Source of the DNA: an uncultured Gammaproteobacteria bacterium
GTDB lineage: Bacteria; Patescibacteriota; Microgenomatia; UBA1406
Assembly (NCBI GenBank): GCA_964414145.1
Contig: CAYPVH010000006.1
Coordinates: 16,357 to 80,356, forward strand
Direction of reading: 5' to 3'
DNA length: 64,000 bases
Below, one piece after another: positions 58,510 to 64,000 of this stretch (positions within the stretch are counted from its first letter, which is position 1; each line of letters opens with the position of its first letter). The position numbers were made by a program, and so were the translations under genes. The notes under the pieces were generated by a model. That model searched no databases. It worked only from the letters and a program-made list of their open reading frames with translations, and was not told where the DNA came from.

Positions 58510-60282
58510 ATGACATTAAACTTTCTTAATAAATTAAATAGTGAACAAAAAAAAGCTGTTAGTTATACCGGCGGACCATCAATAGTCTTGGCCGGAGCCG
58601 GTTCTGGAAAAACCAGGGTGCTAACCTACAAAGCAATGTATTACCTAATGCAGGAAAAGGTGAATCCCGAAAATATACTCATGTTAACCTTCACTAACAA
58701 AGCGGCAGATGAGATGAAAAACAGAATTATTAGATATATCGACCACGAGTATAATCCAGAAGTAATTACCGCAACAACATTCCATTCCTTCAGTTGCAGA
58801 ATGCTTCGTAGATTCGGAAATACTAAAGGGAATCGGGATTTTGCAATCTTTGACAGTCAGGACCAACAAAGTTTGGTTAAAGAAATTGTTAAGGACAGCC
58901 AATTTAAAATTAAAATCAGCCCCAATTCGTTGCTTTACAAAATATCGGAATTTAAGAATAGATTAATACTGCCCGATGAACTAATTAAAAACAGTGAAGA
59001 TATAATGCAGGAAGTTATTGCACAACTATACCTAGAGTACAATAAAAGACTGATTAACATGAATGCCCTAGACTTTGACGACTTACTTCTTGAAATGGTT
59101 ACCCTGCTTAGCGATAAACCAAAAATTTTAAAAGATGTTCAGGAAAAATACAGATACCTACTAATCGATGAGTATCAAGACACCAATCACGCCCAGTACT
59201 TAATTGCCAAAAAAATTGCTGAGGAGAAACAAAATATAACTATTGTTGGCGATTTTTCGCAAAGTATTTATTCTTGGCGAGGAGCCGACTTTGAAAACCT
59301 GGAAAAATTTAGACGAGATTTTAATAATACACAAGTTTTCAATTTAGAACAAAATTACCGTAGTTCCCAACCTATTCTGGATTTTGCCTATTCTTTGATT
59401 TCCAAAAATGTAACCCACCCAATACTAAAACTTTGGACCGAAAAAAAAGAAGGTAACGAAGTAATAATTTCGGTACTACGAAGTGCCGAGGAAGAAGCAC
59501 AATTTGTAGTTGGTAAAGCACAAGAACTAAATTTATCGGGTGAATATTCACTAAGTGATATGGCAATACTCTACCGAACCAATGCTCAGTCGAGGGTTAT
59601 TGAAGAAGCTTGTTTAAACCTAGGACTACCATATAAAATTTATGGCGGCTTTCGATTTTATGAACGAAAGGAAATTAAAGATATTCTGGCTTTTTTAAGG
59701 TACATGGTAAATAAAAAAGACAAGGTGTCTTTGTCTAGAATTTACAAGCTGGGAAAAAGAAGAGCAGAAAAAATTATTGAAGTAATAAACAAGCAAGACT
59801 TAAATAATTCACCACAAGTAATTATTCAAAATATATTAAAAGACTCGCCATATATGAGTATGTTTGATGAATACGATGAAGAAGACACCGCCCGAATTGA
59901 AAACATTCAAGAATTGGTTAACGTTTCGTATAATTTTAAAACTCTGACCGAATTTTTAGATACGGTAGTATTAATTGAAACCGGTTATGAATTTGATGAG
60001 GGCGACGACAACAGGTTAAGTATAATGACCTTGCATTCGGCCAAGGGTTTGGAATTTTCGACCGTTTTTATAGTTGGGGTTGAAGAAGGCATACTACCCC
60101 ATTCACGTTCTGTTAGTTCTTTGCAAGAACTTGAAGAAGAACGACGACTGTTTTATGTAGGAATTACCCGAGCTAAAAAGGAATTGTTTATTACTCACTG
60201 TGAACGCCGGTTTTTATATGGTCGGGTTCAGTATAATTCCCCTTCCCAGTTTTTAATTGAAACAGGGTATGTGGAGTATTAG
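58510..60282 (+). CDS. uvrD: UvrD/PcrA-like SF1 DNA helicase (compact form)
   Basis: motif I VLAGAGSGKTRVLT, Ia MLTFTNKAADEM, II LLIDEYQDTN, III IVGDFSQSIYSWRGA, V/VI MTLHSAKGLEFSTVFIVG..FYVGITRAKKEL. Confidence 0.85.
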   Translation: MTLNFLNKLNSEQKKAVSYTGGPSIVLAGAGSGKTRVLTYKAMYYLMQEKVNPENILMLTFTNKAADEMKNRIIRYIDHEYNPEVITATTFHSFSCRMLRRFGNTKGNRDFAIFDSQDQQSLVKEIVKDSQFKIKISPNSLLYKISEFKNRLILPDELIKNSEDIMQEVIAQLYLEYNKRLINMNALDFDDLLLEMVTLLSDKPKILKDVQEKYRYLLIDEYQDTNHAQYLIAKKIAEEKQNITIVGDFSQSIYSWRGADFENLEKFRRDFNNTQVFNLEQNYRSSQPILDFAYSLISKNVTHPILKLWTEKKEGNEVIISVLRSAEEEAQFVVGKAQELNLSGEYSLSDMAILYRTNAQSRVIEEACLNLGLPYKIYGGFRFYERKEIKDILAFLRYMVNKKDKVSLSRIYKLGKRRAEKIIEVINKQDLNNSPQVIIQNILKDSPYMSMFDEYDEEDTARIENIQELVNVSYNFKTLTEFLDTVVLIETGYEFDEGDDNRLSIMTLHSAKGLEFSTVFIVGVEEGILPHSRSVSSLQELEEERRLFYVGITRAKKELFITHCERRFLYGRVQYNSPSQFLIETGYVEY

Positions 60283-60418
60283 TAACTAAAAATCAAAAGT
60301 TAGAATAGAAAAAGAGAGTTTAAAGTATAAAATCAAGAGTTAAAAATTAGAGGAAAAAAAGTGAAAAATCAAATTCAAAATTCAAAGCACAACACAAATA
60401 CTATCTTTATTCACCTGA

Positions 60419-61819
60419 TTGATCAACAACTTAGCAGTATTCTGTTATAATTTAGTTATGATCGTACCTGTTAAACTGCTTTTAGCTCTGGTTTTGGGTG
60501 CTGTAATTGGTTTAGAGCGAGAAGCATATGAGCGCTTTCTAGTAGGCCAAGGCACAGTGGTTAAAAAAGATACCAGAGGCAGCTTAGGGGTGAGAACTTT
60601 TTCTTTAATCACCAGCCTCGGCGCACTTTCTGGGCTTTTGTACACAGAATTCTTTTCTTTGTTTTTGCTGATAAATATTACCTTTATGACACTTCTGATT
60701 TGTTACTATGTTGTTGGTAGTATATTTACCAAAGACAACGGCTTAACCACCGAAATAGCTATTATTTTTGCCTACCTTATTGGTTTATTGCTTGCCCTTG
60801 AAGTATTTCCAATACAAATCTTGCTTTCAATGACAATTGTATTAATACTTATTCTGTCTCAGAAAGAAGCAGTTCAAACTGCTATTTCCAACATTAAAAA
60901 ATTTGAAGTCCGGTCTTTTATTAGTTACGCTTTGATAGCTTTAGTTATTTTACCCTTTTTACCAAACACAATTTACAAAGTTGTTGATATTCCCGGAATT
61001 ACCACCATACTTAACGCTTATGGCATAAACATTGAAAACTTTATACAAACCGAATTATTTAATCCGTATAAACTGTGGTTTATTGTGGCTTTGATTACTG
61101 GAGTAGAAATACTTGGCTATGTACTTGAAAAAACCGTTGGTCAGAAAAAGGGTTGGTTATTTACCAGTATTGCTGGTGGTTTTGTTTCGTCAACTGCCGT
61201 AACACAGTCACTCGCCCAAAAAAGCAAAACAACAAATACCATCAATCAGCTGGTAGCAGCTGCAATTTTTTCTAAAATGGCTAGTTTTTTCCAGTTGTTT
61301 ATATTAATCGCTTCGGTTAATAGTTTATTTTTAGTTAGAAGTACCGGTTTTATTATCGCAATTATTTTAAGTAGTTTAATCATGGGATTATTTTTTTATT
61401 TTAAAAAAGAAACTAAAACATTAACTGACACAGACCTTGAGGAAACAAAGAAAAAACTAAACGAAAACCACAAAATTTTTTCTTTGAAACCAGCCTTAAA
61501 ATTTGCCTTCTTATTTTTAATTATTGGAATTGCGTCTAAAATTGCCTTATCTGTGTTTGGTGAGACCGGATTTATTGCTACTTCGGCGATAGCTTCCGTT
61601 ACCGGCTTAGACGCAGTAACATTAAACCTTTCCGACTTAGTTGGTAGTACAATTGGTTTTAACTTGGGGGTGCTAACACTAATTATCATTAATGCAGTTA
61701 ACTTGTTTGCCAAGGTATTTTATAGTTACTTTCAAGGAAAACGGGAATTTACTATCAAGCTGGGTTTATCGGTATTAGTTATTGTTGCCTCTAGCTTTTT
61801 GGGGCTATTGTTTGTTTAG
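60419..61819 (+). CDS. MgtC/SapB-family membrane protein with DUF4010-like C-terminal domain
   Basis: N-terminal LLALVLGAVIGLEREAYER MgtC signature; ~10 TM helices. Confidence 0.55.
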   Translation: MINNLAVFCYNLVMIVPVKLLLALVLGAVIGLEREAYERFLVGQGTVVKKDTRGSLGVRTFSLITSLGALSGLLYTEFFSLFLLINITFMTLLICYYVVGSIFTKDNGLTTEIAIIFAYLIGLLLALEVFPIQILLSMTIVLILILSQKEAVQTAISNIKKFEVRSFISYALIALVILPFLPNTIYKVVDIPGITTILNAYGINIENFIQTELFNPYKLWFIVALITGVEILGYVLEKTVGQKKGWLFTSIAGGFVSSTAVTQSLAQKSKTTNTINQLVAAAIFSKMASFFQLFILIASVNSLFLVRSTGFIIAIILSSLIMGLFFYFKKETKTLTDTDLEETKKKLNENHKIFSLKPALKFAFLFLIIGIASKIALSVFGETGFIATSAIASVTGLDAVTLNLSDLVGSTIGFNLGVLTLIIINAVNLFAKVFYSYFQGKREFTIKLGLSVLVIVASSFLGLLFV

Positions 61820-61821
61820 TT

Positions 61822-62454
61822 ATGATTGAAAAAGTAGATATATTAATTCCGCCCCTTTTTGAAAAAAGTGGTATTGTAAAAACAAAGAAGCAAGCATTAA
61901 TTGATCAAGACTGGTTGGGCAGCTTCCATTTATGGATTGTACAAACCAAGCCGTTCCACAGTATTCTTTTTCAGGAACGGAGCCAAGCTTCTACATTTGG
62001 TGGCAAACTAGATATTACCGCAGCGGGCCATTTAAGAGCAGGTGAAACCACCAAGGACGGCTTAAGAGAAGTAAAGGAAGAAATTGGAAAAGATTACAAA
62101 CTTAGTGACTTAACATATTTGGGAAGAAAAATCTTTGTTGGTATTGATAAAAGAGTTGGTAATATTCACACAATCAGTTCGGTATATATGTTAAAAGACA
62201 ACAGCCCCCTAAATACATTTAAACTTCAGAAATTGGAATTAAACGGCTTGTATAGAATAAAAATAAGCGATTTAATAAACGTGTTTACAAAAAAAGATTA
62301 CCGTTTTAGCACTCGTTTTATTGATAATAAAGGCATCTATGGAATGAAGGAATTAACAAGAGAAAATTTTATTGAAAATTGGGATAACTACCAGCTTAAA
62401 ATCGCCCATTTGGCAAAGAATTTTATGAAAGGAAAAAAAGATTTACATTATTAA
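61822..62454 (+). CDS. Nudix hydrolase
   Basis: Nudix box GHLRAGETTKDGLREVKEEIG (G-x5-E-x7-REvxEExG). Confidence 0.6.
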   Translation: MIEKVDILIPPLFEKSGIVKTKKQALIDQDWLGSFHLWIVQTKPFHSILFQERSQASTFGGKLDITAAGHLRAGETTKDGLREVKEEIGKDYKLSDLTYLGRKIFVGIDKRVGNIHTISSVYMLKDNSPLNTFKLQKLELNGLYRIKISDLINVFTKKDYRFSTRFIDNKGIYGMKELTRENFIENWDNYQLKIAHLAKNFMKGKKDLHY

Positions 62455-62471
62455 CTTAAATTAACACAAAT

Positions 62472-62801
62472 ATGGGAAGAATAAATTTTGACGACTTTAA
62501 GAAATTAGATATTCGAATTGGCACAATAACCGAAATTAAAAAGGTAGATGGAGCTGATAAATTACTTTGCTTGAAAGTAAATTTAGGAAACGAAGAACGG
62601 CAAATAGTTACCGGTATTTATGAGTTTTACCCAAACTATCAAGAGTTAGTTGGAAAACAAGTGCCAATATTAGCTAATCTCGAACCTCGAATTATACGTG
62701 GCTTGGAAAGTCAGGGAATGATATTGGCTGCAGATTCTGAAGACAAAGCAGTACTACTCTACCCCAGCGAAAAAGTAATCAGTGGCAGTAAAGTAAGATA
62801 G
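62472..62801 (+). CDS. tRNA-binding domain protein (CsaA/Trbp111/EMAP-like OB fold)
   Basis: KLDIRIGTITEIKKVDGADKLLCLKVNLGNE..QIVTGI. Confidence 0.7.
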   Translation: MGRINFDDFKKLDIRIGTITEIKKVDGADKLLCLKVNLGNEERQIVTGIYEFYPNYQELVGKQVPILANLEPRIIRGLESQGMILAADSEDKAVLLYPSEKVISGSKVR

Positions 62802-62813
62802 CCTTAAAGATAT

Positions 62814-63476
62814 TTATAAAACCTCTAGGCTATTTAGAACATTAGTGCTAATTTGTTTATAGTTAGCACTGTCTTGTGGTTGAATAACTTCTGTTATTTC
62901 AATTACTTGAGAGCTGGGTGAAATATAATAGTACCGACTTATACCCATTTCACCGTCTACTGTAAAAGTAAAGCCGGAATGACTACCAATATTAGTTGAG
63001 TTAACACTACTTACGCTTTCGGTTGTTTCCTGGCTTTGAATTTGAGTCCGTCTTTCATTAACAAACTCTTGTAGTGATTGATTGTTTTGGGGTTGATATG
63101 CATTAAAAATCAGAACCAGGCCATCTGTCAATTCGGTTTGTTGTTTTTGTTCTTCTCCTATAATACTAATTCGAAGATCACTCTCCGGTTGATTTTGATT
63201 AACTTCCGCGCCTGGTGGGTACATTACAGTAAGGTTAAGAGTATCTGAGGTAAGAGTTTGCCACCCCCGAGTTTGACCAGCGCCATTTGTTACTGCAGGA
63301 GTAAGTGGCGGTGTTCCTCGATTACGACCGGGTGGTATTATGGTGATTGCTTCGGTTGGACTAGGAACTGTATCATTATTATCCATTTGCTCTTGATTTT
63401 GATTAATCAATAGGGCAACTACAATAAGGAGTAACACCAAAATAGTAGCTCCCAATACTTGTTGTCTTCTATCCAT
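62814..63476 (-). CDS. Hypothetical membrane-anchored protein
   Basis: N-terminal TM helix ATILVLLLIVVALLI; Gln/Thr-rich. Confidence 0.45.
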   Translation of the reverse strand: MDRRQQVLGATILVLLLIVVALLINQNQEQMDNNDTVPSPTEAITIIPPGRNRGTPPLTPAVTNGAGQTRGWQTLTSDTLNLTVMYPPGAEVNQNQPESDLRISIIGEEQKQQTELTDGLVLIFNAYQPQNNQSLQEFVNERRTQIQSQETTESVSSVNSTNIGSHSGFTFTVDGEMGISRYYYISPSSQVIEITEVIQPQDSANYKQISTNVLNSLEVL

Positions 63477-63553
63477 ACAAAAATATTATGGTATAAAACT
63501 GAAAGAGCTAAGTTAGAGAGAAGTAAATAAACAGTAAGGTGGTGCTGATTTTG

Positions 63554-64000
63554 TTATGTAAGAATGTATTTGGCACCCTTTGTTTTACCTATTTTTTTAA
63601 TCAACTTGTTTTCGATTAATTCACTCAAATCACGCAAAACCGTATCATCGGAAAAATCGGGAAAAAGCGAAGCAAAAGCTTTATTTTGCAAATAACCAAT
63701 TTCTTGAATGTATTCAATTATTTTGGTTTGTCGTTCGTTTAAAAAAACCTGGCGACCACCAAGCTTTTGTTTAAGATGAGTGTCTGAAGACAATTTCTGG
63801 ATTTTTGTTTTTATCTTTTCAAGCTCTGCCGCCAACCCTTGCACAAAATAATCAAGCCAAGGTGTTAAATCACCACTACCGGCTTTTTGTAAATATTGGT
63901 AATAGCGAAGCGGGTCTTTATCGAAATATTCCTCTAGCGAAAAAAAACGCCGAATATCGTAACCTTCACTGTAGAGTATTAATGTTGCTATTGCTCTTGC
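63554..64000 (-). CDS. Fic/DOC-family protein, C-terminal portion (gene continues beyond window end)
   Basis: in-frame continuation upstream of the track ORF gives ..AIATLILYSEGYDIRRFFSLEEYFDKDPLRYYQYLQKAGSGDLTPWLDYFVQGLAAELEKIK.. (post-Fic-motif helices with the DLTPW block), followed by a wHTH tail; the catalytic HPFx(D/E)GNGR motif would lie outside the window. Confidence 0.45.
   Translation of the reverse strand, partial: ARAIATLILYSEGYDIRRFFSLEEYFDKDPLRYYQYLQKAGSGDLTPWLDYFVQGLAAELEKIKTKIQKLSSDTHLKQKLGGRQVFLNERQTKIIEYIQEIGYLQNKAFASLFPDFSDDTVLRDLSELIENKLIKKIGKTKGAKYILT

Overview
Low-GC (~33%), gene-dense window with the small, glycosyltransferase-rich housekeeping repertoire typical of Patescibacteria/CPR-like genomes (inference from composition and gene content only). 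Three zones. (1) 1-4150: chromosomal genes (DMT transporter, P-loop kinase, receiver-domain protein, GNAT, histidine phosphatase, bPH membrane protein). (2) 4155-25300: a ~21 kb integrated island lying against the 3' end of a tRNA-Ser(CGA) gene (25304-25389, minus strand). Its junctions have a tandem-integration architecture: a shared 7-bp core tgcggag, a ~152-bp arm duplicated at 23904-24055 and 25149-25300, and a ~31-bp arm duplicated at 4162-4192 and 24063-24093. The island carries a large serine recombinase, an XRE regulator, a ParB-N/DNA-methylase fusion, and at least three defense-type modules: an operon of a PLD-nuclease/SF2-helicase fusion, a PglX/Type IIG-like NPPY adenine methyltransferase and a small ORF; a three-gene SIR2-like operon; and an RHH-like plus Abi_C-like gene pair. 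A foreign GC-rich VOC/glyoxalase gene sits beside the recombinase, and a 1.25 kb one-gene satellite element with both arms sits between the island and the tRNA. (3) 25500-64000: two tandem-domain GH130 paralogs, secreted/membrane proteins, a membrane-anchored thermonuclease, and a 7-kb cassette region (32.9-40.1 kb). That region holds four copies of a modular MITE-like repeat (8-bp iteron-like tandem repeats plus GC-rich hairpins) bracketing small genes of unknown function (DUF2130-like, P-loop ATPase, tdk). The rest is a conserved core block: dnaG-rpoD, recF, a PyrH-like kinase/SAM-MTase fusion, recJ, cca, a cell-envelope glycosylation locus (GT4 x3, GT2, ArnT/PMT-like x2, Wzy-like), tpiA, a uvrD-like helicase, MgtC/DUF4010, Nudix, a CsaA-like tRNA-binding protein and a partial Fic gene at the window edge. 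No CRISPR array and no rRNA were seen. All functional calls come from reading motifs by eye, without searches.
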